In this document: positions 25,399-32,575 of the stretch, piece by piece
Layout of the letters: each line of letters opens with the position of its first letter
How positions within the stretch are numbered: position 1 is the first letter of the stretch
From: an uncultured bacterium
Lineage (GTDB): Bacteria > B130-G9
NCBI GenBank assembly: GCA_965372715.1
Contig: CBDVDH010000046.1
Location: forward strand, 1-32,575
Direction of reading: 5' to 3'
DNA: 32,575 nucleotides
Position numbers and translations under genes: made by a program
The notes under the pieces: generated by a model
What the model saw: the letters and a program-made list of their open reading frames with translations, nothing else
Told to the model about the DNA's origin: nothing
The model's database searches: none

Positions 25399-27078
25399 CT
25401 AGTCTGCCGCACCGGAATGCCTCTTCATCTGGGATCGGTAGGATTCAAGGTCGCGCCAAAGCTCATCCAGGGGGACGCCTGAGGAAATGTGTGCCCAGGG
25501 CAGAATCTCATCGCGAGACCTTGTTCGCAACGCATAGAACTCGGGATTCACGTCAACGCTCTTCCGCGAGGCCTGCCAGTCAAAACTGGTCTCTGCGAGG
25601 GCCGAAACCAGCCTGGAGCAGCGCCTGTCGCCTCGAGAAAGAACGCCCTGGATGAAAGCCCATTTCGGCAGGTCCGCATGAACCGAAACGCCGCGTGTCC
25701 CTGACAGCCCCGTCTTTGCGGCTCTGATGCAACGCGAAAGCTCGTTCGGCGCGAGCATCGGCGCCCATTGCAGAGGTGTGTGCGCTTTCGGGACGAACGA
25801 CGAGAGCGAGACGTTGATCAGAACGTCGCGCTTGCCGGAAGACCGCTTGCGCAGACCGTGTTTCATGCGTTTCACGAGCGACACGATCTCCTCAACATCC
25901 TCGAGGGACTCGCCCGGCAGGCCGACCATGAAGTAGAGCTTTAGGGCCGAAAAGCCGGCGCTGGCAACCTGGGCGGCCACATCGATGAGCAGCTCGTCGC
26001 TGCACGGCTTGCCCAGTGCGAGTCGCAGCCGTTCTTGGCCAGCCTCGGGTGCAATCGTTATCGTCCGCTGCCCACCTCGCCTGAGTAACTCCAGCATTAG
26101 TGGGCTGATCCTGTCCGCCCTGAGAGACGAGACGGTAACGCCCACTTCCATGCTGAGCAGGCCCCTCAGTATTGCGAGGAGGTCAGGATGGTCCGCGACC
26201 GCCGACCCAAGAAGCCCGATCGCCTGCCTATGCTTCTTTGTGGAACGCGCCGCACGGAGGATGCTGCCTGCGCTCAGAAAGCGCGCCGGGCGGCTGCAAA
26301 ATGACGCCATGCAGAATTTGCACGCCCGGGGACAGCCCCTGACCGCCTCCACGAGGCCCAGGTGACCGAACTCGGTATCCTGGGTGAAGACGATGGTGCG
26401 CGCCGGGACGAGCTCTTCTCGCGGCGTTACGCGCCTCTTGACCGCCTCTCGGTCGCCCTGGACATGGATGGCCGAGACTGTCCCATCCGGGCCGTATTCT
26501 GGCTCGAAGAGATCCGGCACATAAACGCCCTCTATCTCGGCCAGACGAGGCAATAGGTCACTTTGATTGAGCCTCTCTTGCTTCGCTTTGAACAAGGTCT
26601 CCGCGAACTCCTGAACTGCACGCTCGCCATCCCCGACGAAGAACGCATCGACGAACGCGACAAGCGGCTCTGGATTGGCGCTCACCGCACATCCCCCCGC
26701 GACGACGAGCGGCTTACCGAATGACCTGCCGTCCCGGTCGGGCGTTATGCCGCTAAGCATGAGAAACCGCACCAGGTTCGGGTAGTCGTTCTCGAAAGGC
26801 ATCGCAAAAGCGATCACGTCGAAGCGAGACGCCATGTCCCCGCTCTCAACTGAAAGCGGCATTTGCGCTTTTGCGCCGCCCCGAAGAGATTCGTCCGGCA
26901 TGAAGGACCGCTCACACCGAACGTAGTCGAGCGAGTTCAAGGCCGCGTAGATCGCATGGAAGCCCAGGTTCGACATCCCAACGAAGTAGCTGTTTGGAAA
27001 GACCAAGAGCACGTTCAGCTTGCCGCCGGGGTCCTTGTGAATCGCCCCAATCTCATTTCTCGCACGCCTCACCGTCAT
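25399..27078 (-). CDS. Radical SAM protein (B12-binding-like N-terminal region)
   Basis: RGCPRACKFC (CxxxCxxC), YFVGMSNLG, TIAPEAG, KLYFMVGLPGE, FVPKAHTPLQW. Confidence 0.92.
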   Translation of the reverse strand: MTVRRARNEIGAIHKDPGGKLNVLLVFPNSYFVGMSNLGFHAIYAALNSLDYVRCERSFMPDESLRGGAKAQMPLSVESGDMASRFDVIAFAMPFENDYPNLVRFLMLSGITPDRDGRSFGKPLVVAGGCAVSANPEPLVAFVDAFFVGDGERAVQEFAETLFKAKQERLNQSDLLPRLAEIEGVYVPDLFEPEYGPDGTVSAIHVQGDREAVKRRVTPREELVPARTIVFTQDTEFGHLGLVEAVRGCPRACKFCMASFCSRPARFLSAGSILRAARSTKKHRQAIGLLGSAVADHPDLLAILRGLLSMEVGVTVSSLRADRISPLMLELLRRGGQRTITIAPEAGQERLRLALGKPCSDELLIDVAAQVASAGFSALKLYFMVGLPGESLEDVEEIVSLVKRMKHGLRKRSSGKRDVLINVSLSSFVPKAHTPLQWAPMLAPNELSRCIRAAKTGLSGTRGVSVHADLPKWAFIQGVLSRGDRRCSRLVSALAETSFDWQASRKSVDVNPEFYALRTRSRDEILPWAHISSGVPLDELWRDLESYRSQMKRHSGAAD

Positions 27079-27103
27079 AGTCGCCTCATGCTGTCTTGCT
27101 CAT

Positions 27104-27188
27104 CCTCGATCCCCGCGTGTAGGGGCGACTCGGTGTGGGCCGGGCTTTCCAGCCTGCCAGAACACCTCGATCCCCGCGTGTAGGGGCG
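27104..27188. repeat. 24-bp direct repeat CCTCGATCCCCGCGTGTAGGGGCG x2 (61-bp period)
   Basis: Copies at 27104-27127 and 27165-27188, each ending in the start of a GTAG REP. Confidence 0.9.
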
Positions 27189-27253
27189 GCTCAGGAGCCG
27201 CCCTCCGCTGATTTGACCCGACGCATGAAGGGCGGCTCGTGAGCCGCCCCTAC
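27180..27253. repeat. REP doublet, 74 bp, overlapping the SGNH gene 3' end
   Basis: GTAGGGGCGGCTCAGGAGCCGCCC ... GGGCGGCTCGTGAGCCGCCCCTAC. Confidence 0.9.
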
Positions 27254-28501
27254 CAGGAAGTTCTCTTGTATATACTCGGAGAGTATTTGGCCGACGAGCT
27301 CGTGCCCGTTCTCGTCCCAGTGCGCCTCGTAAACGTTGTAGAGCCGCGCGCCCTCTTCGCTTAACTCGGTAGCTTTCTCCTTGAAGGTCTCCGTCGGGCT
27401 TATCAAGGGGATCGATTGCCGCTCGCAGATGACTGCGAGGTCCTTCGCGACCTTCTCGACGTCGCACTCGGCGTCCGTGATGCCGTAATAGGACTTGGCA
27501 ACGTCCCAGTAGAATGGATAGATATTCTCCCTCGTCGGGATATGGAAGACGATGAGCTGGCCCCCGCTCTCCCCCACCTGACCGCACAGCCTCACCAGCA
27601 GCGCCTCGGTAATGTCCCAGGCGTATTGCATCTGCGGGGGCCTTTTCTTCTGCCACACTCTGAACTCGTCCGGAAGCGGCACACCGTAACGGAGTTCGTC
27701 TTGAAGCGTGTCGAGCTGCCGGTCCCAAAGCCGCTCGGCCATTCCCACGCTCTCCATCGGCCGTCTGAACAACGAAGTCCGCTCCAGCTGCCGCACAATG
27801 AAAGCGTAGATGTATGATTCCGAGCCAAGCCAGTCGTAGAACCTGACCTTGCGCCTACCGCCGAGCGTCCACGAGATGTCCGGCTGAGGGACAGGGACGT
27901 TGGTGAGCCGAAGCTCACCATCCTTGAGCCTGAACAGCGGCTTATAGTAATGCAGATATTTGAGCTGCGTATTGTACCAGACGTCGTTCTCGCAGAACAT
28001 CAGCACCACTAGATTGGGGCTGTATTTCTTGCCCTCCGACTCGAAGAACAACAGCTCCTGGTCCGTGGAATAAGCCCTGGTTCCGGCGTTTATGACCTGA
28101 TAGCTGCGGCCGTCGCGGCGCCTGTTTAGGCTGTCCTTCAAACGCTCGGAGAACAGCTTTTCGAAGCCAACCGTGTAGCCCTCCGAGAACGAATCGCCCA
28201 GAATCAGTATCCTGAACTCGTTGACGGGTTTCTCAAAGGCGTATTCCGGCCCGCGAATCCCCTGCGAGTTGATCTCCTCAAAGACCTCGAACTCGTCGTG
28301 GAATATCCACCCCTTTTGGCTAGGGATCTTCCACCAGCCGAGCCGCGGATCGTGCCGGTAAAACGACTCCTCACTGACGGGTTCCTTCGCCGGATGCATC
28401 ACACGGAGCACCATTTCCGCAAGAACAAGCGATACGCCCAGCGTGAAAACAAAAAGCGCCAGATTTGCCAAGCCCTGCCTCGTTTTGCCCGACCTTGTCA
28501 T
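27191..28501 (-). CDS. Membrane-anchored SGNH/GDSL hydrolase family protein (polysaccharide O-acetylation-like)
   Basis: N-terminal TM; INSQGIRG, ILILGDSFSEG, INAG..AYSTDQE, END, AHWDENGH. Confidence 0.88.
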   Translation of the reverse strand: MTRSGKTRQGLANLALFVFTLGVSLVLAEMVLRVMHPAKEPVSEESFYRHDPRLGWWKIPSQKGWIFHDEFEVFEEINSQGIRGPEYAFEKPVNEFRILILGDSFSEGYTVGFEKLFSERLKDSLNRRRDGRSYQVINAGTRAYSTDQELLFFESEGKKYSPNLVVLMFCENDVWYNTQLKYLHYYKPLFRLKDGELRLTNVPVPQPDISWTLGGRRKVRFYDWLGSESYIYAFIVRQLERTSLFRRPMESVGMAERLWDRQLDTLQDELRYGVPLPDEFRVWQKKRPPQMQYAWDITEALLVRLCGQVGESGGQLIVFHIPTRENIYPFYWDVAKSYYGITDAECDVEKVAKDLAVICERQSIPLISPTETFKEKATELSEEGARLYNVYEAHWDENGHELVGQILSEYIQENFLVGAAHEPPFMRRVKSAEGGS

Positions 28502-28646
28502 TGAACCTTCCCCGGGCCGCTCGGTTCACTGGTTGACGTGCTCTTGAGTGTCGTGCTGGGTTCACACGGTCGGGACGTAACGCGCGTCCCTTTTTCATGC
28601 TCGCTGCTTCGGGGCGGTAGAAGATAATTCCACGTCGCGAGTCTTC

Positions 28647-28734
28647 GTAGGGGCGAACCCCCGTTAGGCTGGGTCATACCTCCTACATCCGATCGGATCG
28701 ATAACTGCGGGCGGGTCTTTTGACCCACTCCTAC
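28647..28734. repeat. Degenerate GTAG REP cluster
   Basis: GTAGGGGCGAACCC...CCTAC and GGGCGGGTCTTTTGACCCACTCCTAC. Confidence 0.55.
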
Positions 28735-28806
28735 AGGGCGTTTACGGACATCTCGTCCCAAGACAACAACCCCGCCCTTGAACTTAGAAGCCGGCTGGAT
28801 TCGCTA

Positions 28807-29151
28807 TCAGCCCGGAGGCCAGGCCATCTTGCGCCCGCCCAGGACATGGAAGTGGATGTGATTGACGACTTGACCAGCGTCTTCCCCAGCGTTTAGGACA
28901 AGCCTGTAGCCACTCTCGCGAACCGATTCGTGCTCAGCGATCTTGGCGCACGTTTCTAACACCTTCGCAATGATCGGGAGATCTTCCGGGCTGCACTCAG
29001 TGATGCTCGGGATGTGCTTCCGTGGGATGACGAGTATGTGTGTCGGAGCCTGAGGATTCATGTCATGGAAAGCCACGACGTCCTCGTCGCTGTAGATGAT
29101 CCTGGCCTTCAATTCGGCCTGAGCTACTTTGCAGAAAATGCAATCAGTCAT
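28807..29151 (-). CDS. hinT: Histidine triad (HIT/HinT) nucleotide-binding protein
   Basis: DCIFCK, PQAPTHILVIPRKHI, GQVVNHIHFHVLGGR..WPPG; SD GGAGG before ATG 29151. Confidence 0.95.
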   Translation of the reverse strand: MTDCIFCKVAQAELKARIIYSDEDVVAFHDMNPQAPTHILVIPRKHIPSITECSPEDLPIIAKVLETCAKIAEHESVRESGYRLVLNAGEDAGQVVNHIHFHVLGGRKMAWPPG

Positions 29152-29264
29152 GGCGCCTCCTGAATCTATTATCAATAGTGGTTCTCTTAAAGCATTCTTG
29201 CAAGCTTGACGATATAGATCAAGTGCTAGATCATTCAGCCGAGTGAGGCGGGGGCAAGAAGAGA

Positions 29265-29675
29265 GTGAATGCGACTTGGATGCCGAATGCTGCAGCGGGG
29301 ATCAACGTGCTTGTAGTTGATGATCAGGACTGTATCGTTGATCTGCTGTCCGACATTGTAGAGGGACTTGGTTTTACCAGCGATGTGGCCCACGATGGTC
29401 AGGAGGCAATTGAGAAGTTTGGCGTCGGTGATTTTCAGATTGTTATCACCGACATCAAGATGCCGCGCATGGACGGTATAGAGTTGATGAAGCGGATCAA
29501 AGAAACACGGCCAGATGTGCCGGTGATAGCGATAACAGGCTATGGCACTGAGGACACGGAGGGCGATCTCTCCCAAGACGGCATGGACGGCTTCTTGGAA
29601 AAACCCTTCCGCGTGGCCAAGATAGAGGACATGATATGCAACGTTCTGGAGAGATACGAACTACTGGACCGCTGA
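29265..29675 (+). CDS. Single-domain response regulator (CheY-like receiver)
   Basis: VLVVDD, VITDIKMPRMDG, ITGY, FLEKPF. Confidence 0.93.
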   Translation: MNATWMPNAAAGINVLVVDDQDCIVDLLSDIVEGLGFTSDVAHDGQEAIEKFGVGDFQIVITDIKMPRMDGIELMKRIKETRPDVPVIAITGYGTEDTEGDLSQDGMDGFLEKPFRVAKIEDMICNVLERYELLDR

Positions 29676-29691
29676 GCGACTTCCGCGTCCC

Positions 29692-30360
29692 ATGAACGGC
29701 CTGAAAGACCCCTTTGCGGGCAGAACTGACCGCGATTCTGGACGGAGACTCTCGCCCTTCATTGTTCTTTCGGTTGTTGTGCACCTAGTATTCGCCTCGC
29801 TCCTTTTGTCTGCGACGTTCAATAGACCCTCCCCTGGTCCTATGCCGGCGGGTCTGAAGGTGAGGCTTGAGGCGCCTGAAGCTCAAAGGGATGAGGACGC
29901 TGCAAAACGGACGCTCGTAGAATCTGAGAAGTCGATGCCAAAGCCGCTCTCGAAGCCTGCCACAGAAGCCAAGACCAAACCCAAATCGACAAAACCGGCC
30001 TCGAGAGAGCGTCCCAAAAAGCCAAGAGTTGCCGAAGTATCTACTCCAACGCTTCCTGACGCGCCCGGCTTTGAATACCCCTACTACCTCAATATGCTCA
30101 GGGGCAAGCTTTCGGATGCCTGGCTCTATCCAGCGGAGGCGGCTTCAGGCAAGGAAGTGTTGCGGGCAAAGGTTGCGTTTCGCATAAACCGCAACGGCAG
30201 GGCTGACCACGTTAGGCTACAGGAGACTTCGAAGAGCCAGGTCTTCGACCGCTCAGCGCTCAGGGCCGTCGAGGCCGCGGCGCCGTTCCCGCCCTTGCCC
30301 GATGGCTACAAAAAGGAGACACTAGGTACCCTTTTTGTTACGTTTGAGTATCATAAATAG
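29692..30360 (+). CDS. TonB/TolA-family energy transducer
   Basis: N-terminal TM with SVVVH, Lys/Pro-rich linker, C-terminal F.I.RNG...S....FDRSALRAV..AAPFPPLP; directly upstream of tolB. Confidence 0.88.
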   Translation: MNGLKDPFAGRTDRDSGRRLSPFIVLSVVVHLVFASLLLSATFNRPSPGPMPAGLKVRLEAPEAQRDEDAAKRTLVESEKSMPKPLSKPATEAKTKPKSTKPASRERPKKPRVAEVSTPTLPDAPGFEYPYYLNMLRGKLSDAWLYPAEAASGKEVLRAKVAFRINRNGRADHVRLQETSKSQVFDRSALRAVEAAAPFPPLPDGYKKETLGTLFVTFEYHK

Positions 30361-30379
30361 TTCTGTTGGGGATGTGATG

Positions 30380-30422
30380 GCAGACTTCGCCATAGTAGCC
30401 CGCAAGGCTACGTCGGCTGAAC
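30380..30422 (+). repeat. 43-nt dispersed hairpin repeat abutting the tolB start
   Basis: GCAGACTTCGCCATAGTAGCCCGCAAGGCTACGTCGGCTGAAC. Confidence 0.9.
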
Positions 30423-31766
30423 TTGTTCTTCTTGGGGCAATTCCCGTTGGGCCGCTCTAGCTTTATCATTTGCTCGCTCATTGCGCTCGTTTTTCTTGTG
30501 CCCCTACACTTTTTGGCCGCCGACCGCGAGCCGCTCGATAAGGACGGCCGGATATATCTCACGATCAGCGCGGCGGGACCCCGACTCATCAAGGTCTGCC
30601 TGGCCGGGCCGCTGGGGGACGAGCCAGGGCCAATCGTAGAATCGACGCGGGGCATACTGGAGTTCGATTTGTCCCAGTCGAACCGGTTTGAGCTCGTAAA
30701 GGTGGAGCCCAAGCTCATTGGGATGGTGCGGTCTGGGAAAAGGAGCAGGTCGGGCTGGGTCAACTCGAAGCGCGGCGTGGACGTTTTCGTTGTTTGGGAC
30801 GCTGGCTCCGACGGCAGCAGCTTTGCGTTCAAGGGAGAGGTCAAGGACTCGAGGACCTCAAAGAACGTCTTCACCAGGAGCTTCTCGGTGCCGATTGCTC
30901 AGCAGAGAGCCGTTTTGCACCAGTTCGTGGATGAGATAGCGCTGATGCTTTCGGGCAGGAGTGGGACGGCGCACTGCAAGATAACGTTCGTGTCCGATTG
31001 GACCGGCCACAAGGAGCTCTACACGGCGGACTACGATGGCCACAACGTGAGGCAGCGGACGGAGCTTTGTGGCATCGTGCTCTCACCCGCATATTCGCCA
31101 AAAGGGGACAAGATCGCGTTCATTAGATTCAAGGATAATGGCCCGGTTCTCTCGATACTGGATATGGTCTCCGGCCGTATCGACGACGTCCTGACCCCCG
31201 AGGGGATTGTCGCCTCACCCACTTGGTCGCCCGACGGCCAAATCATCGCGGTCTCCATCAGCAAACACGGCAACAGCGATGTCTGTCTGTTGGACGTCGG
31301 CACTGACGAGCTTACGAGGCTTACGTATTTGAGGTCCATAGAGACCTCCCCAACGTTTGCGCCCAATGGTCGGTCCATTGCTTTTACGTCCGACAGGACT
31401 GGCCGGCCACAGATATACGTCATGAACATCGACGGCAGCGGCCTCAGGAGGCTGACCTTTGAGGGCAAACACAACGAATCGCCCGTCTGGTCCCCCGACG
31501 GAAGCCTCATAGCCTATACCGCGCTTCGAGGGAACACGTTTGAGCTCCGGCTGATTAGCCCTGACGGCGACGGCCCCTACACCGTCGTCGAAGAGCTCTC
31601 AGACGGCGAGGCGCCCGCATGGTCCCCCGACGGCGAGAAGCTCATCTTCAGCGCCAGGGATGACGGCTCACACAGCGCCTTGTATCTTGTCAATCACGAC
31701 GGCAGCGGACTAACCAAGGTCATCTCAATCGCGGGCAACTGCACGGAGCCAAGCTGGTCACCGTGA
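30423..31766 (+). CDS. tolB: Tol-Pal beta-propeller protein TolB
   Basis: H.FVDEI, KITFVS..TGHKELY.ADYDG, PD40 repeats SPAYSPKG/SPTWSPDG/FTSDRTGRPQIY, ends EPSWSP; start uncertain. Confidence 0.9.
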   Translation: MFFLGQFPLGRSSFIICSLIALVFLVPLHFLAADREPLDKDGRIYLTISAAGPRLIKVCLAGPLGDEPGPIVESTRGILEFDLSQSNRFELVKVEPKLIGMVRSGKRSRSGWVNSKRGVDVFVVWDAGSDGSSFAFKGEVKDSRTSKNVFTRSFSVPIAQQRAVLHQFVDEIALMLSGRSGTAHCKITFVSDWTGHKELYTADYDGHNVRQRTELCGIVLSPAYSPKGDKIAFIRFKDNGPVLSILDMVSGRIDDVLTPEGIVASPTWSPDGQIIAVSISKHGNSDVCLLDVGTDELTRLTYLRSIETSPTFAPNGRSIAFTSDRTGRPQIYVMNIDGSGLRRLTFEGKHNESPVWSPDGSLIAYTALRGNTFELRLISPDGDGPYTVVEELSDGEAPAWSPDGEKLIFSARDDGSHSALYLVNHDGSGLTKVISIAGNCTEPSWSP

Positions 31767-31779
31767 GGTTTCCGTTCTC

Positions 31780-32475
31780 GTGAGGCGGATGAGGATTGCG
31801 ATCGACGGGCCATGTGCGAGCGGCAAGAGCACGGTTGCCAAGCTTCTGGCTCTGCGGCTTGGGTATAAGCTAATCAACACCGGCGCCATGTATCGCGCCG
31901 TCGGCCTTTTGGCTATCGAAAAGGGGATCGAGCCCCTGGACGAAGCGGGCGTGAGTTCCATCCTGCCCAACATCGAGATCGATTTCGTCGGCCCCGCCTC
32001 GAGCCAACACGTTATCTTGAACGGGCGGGACGTCACCGAACGAATTGTACAGCCCGACGTCGCGTCGGCCGCGTCCAGCGTTTCGAGCCTACTTCCCGTG
32101 CGCGAGAACCTCGTGGCCCGTCAGCAGGCGATGGCAAGAAGCGGCGGAGTCGTGCTCGAGGGTCGGGACATTGGCACCGTCGTGCTGACCGACGCCGAGT
32201 GCAAGTTCTACATCACCGCCTCGATAGAAGAACGGGCGAGGCGCCGCTTGAACGACTACGAGAGCATGGGCATCCAGAAGGAGCTCGCCGAGGTGCAAGA
32301 CGACCTTGACCGCCGGGACAAGAACGACATGACCCGCGAGCACTCACCCCTCAAAAAGGCCCCAGACGCAATCGAAATCGACACAACCCACCTCACAATC
32401 GACGAAGTCATCCACCGCCTCATGGCGCACATCCAATCCGTGTCAGCAACTTCCGACGACGGCCGCTGCTCTTAA
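31780..32475 (+). CDS. cmk: Cytidylate kinase
   Basis: IAIDGPCASGKST, TGAMYRA, VLEGRDIGTVV, RDKND..R.HSPL. Confidence 0.96.
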   Translation: MRRMRIAIDGPCASGKSTVAKLLALRLGYKLINTGAMYRAVGLLAIEKGIEPLDEAGVSSILPNIEIDFVGPASSQHVILNGRDVTERIVQPDVASAASSVSSLLPVRENLVARQQAMARSGGVVLEGRDIGTVVLTDAECKFYITASIEERARRRLNDYESMGIQKELAEVQDDLDRRDKNDMTREHSPLKKAPDAIEIDTTHLTIDEVIHRLMAHIQSVSATSDDGRCS

Positions 32476-32520
32476 CAATGCCTTGCGCGGCTTCCGCTCG
32501 TTTCTCGATGAGGGTCCCTA

Positions 32521-32547
32521 TGGAGTGCGGCGGCTCGACGCCGCTTT
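32521..32547. repeat. REP-like palindrome TGGAGTGCGGCGGCTCGACGCCGCTTT (possible terminator; any partner lies beyond the window)
   Basis: Stem GCGGCG/CGCCGC followed by TTT, downstream of cmk. Confidence 0.55.
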
Positions 32548-32575
32548 GGCTGGCCGCGGCCTGACGCGGCTTGAC

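Noticed and set aside
27075-27728. 217-aa minus-strand ORF
   Set aside because: Alternate frame of the SGNH gene running through REP DNA, with Arg/Gly-rich non-protein-like composition.
28498-28761. 87-aa ORF upstream of the SGNH gene
   Set aside because: Largely degenerate REP sequence with no motif support.

Overview
GC-rich bacterial chromosomal segment from a diderm organism (TolA/TolB, Wzm/Wzt). The secreted beta-helix protein resembles those I associate with uncultured lineages such as Ca. Coatesbacteria, but that is a weak guess. Backbone genes: a membrane pyrophosphatase with the Na+,H+-PPase signature, a rhomboid protease, a pseudo-receiver/HEAT protein, a minus-strand run wzm-wzt-cinA-like-nadC-vanZ-like-ribF-GT4, divergent wecB/O-antigen-ligase/TPR/MBL genes, a beta-helix protein, radical SAM, SGNH, HIT, a receiver protein, tonB/tolA-like, tolB and cmk. 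A small accessory island (about 6.26-10.87 kb) holds a dense stack of repeat types, a 5'-truncated DUF1016/YhcG nuclease gene, a papain-family protease and a HEPN-like DUF3644 gene. The most striking signal is an in-frame array of four approximately 27-bp palindromes inside the YhcG linker. Their arms differ in sequence but keep their base pairing around a fixed GAC-ANN-GTC core. The window also carries several dispersed repeat families: 73-74 bp GTAG REP doublets (some translated into protein C-termini), a 43-nt covarying hairpin lying 5' of genes, TTCA/TGAA-loop hairpins and 7-mer tandem tracts. No CRISPR, rRNA, tRNA, transposase, integrase or reverse transcriptase was seen.
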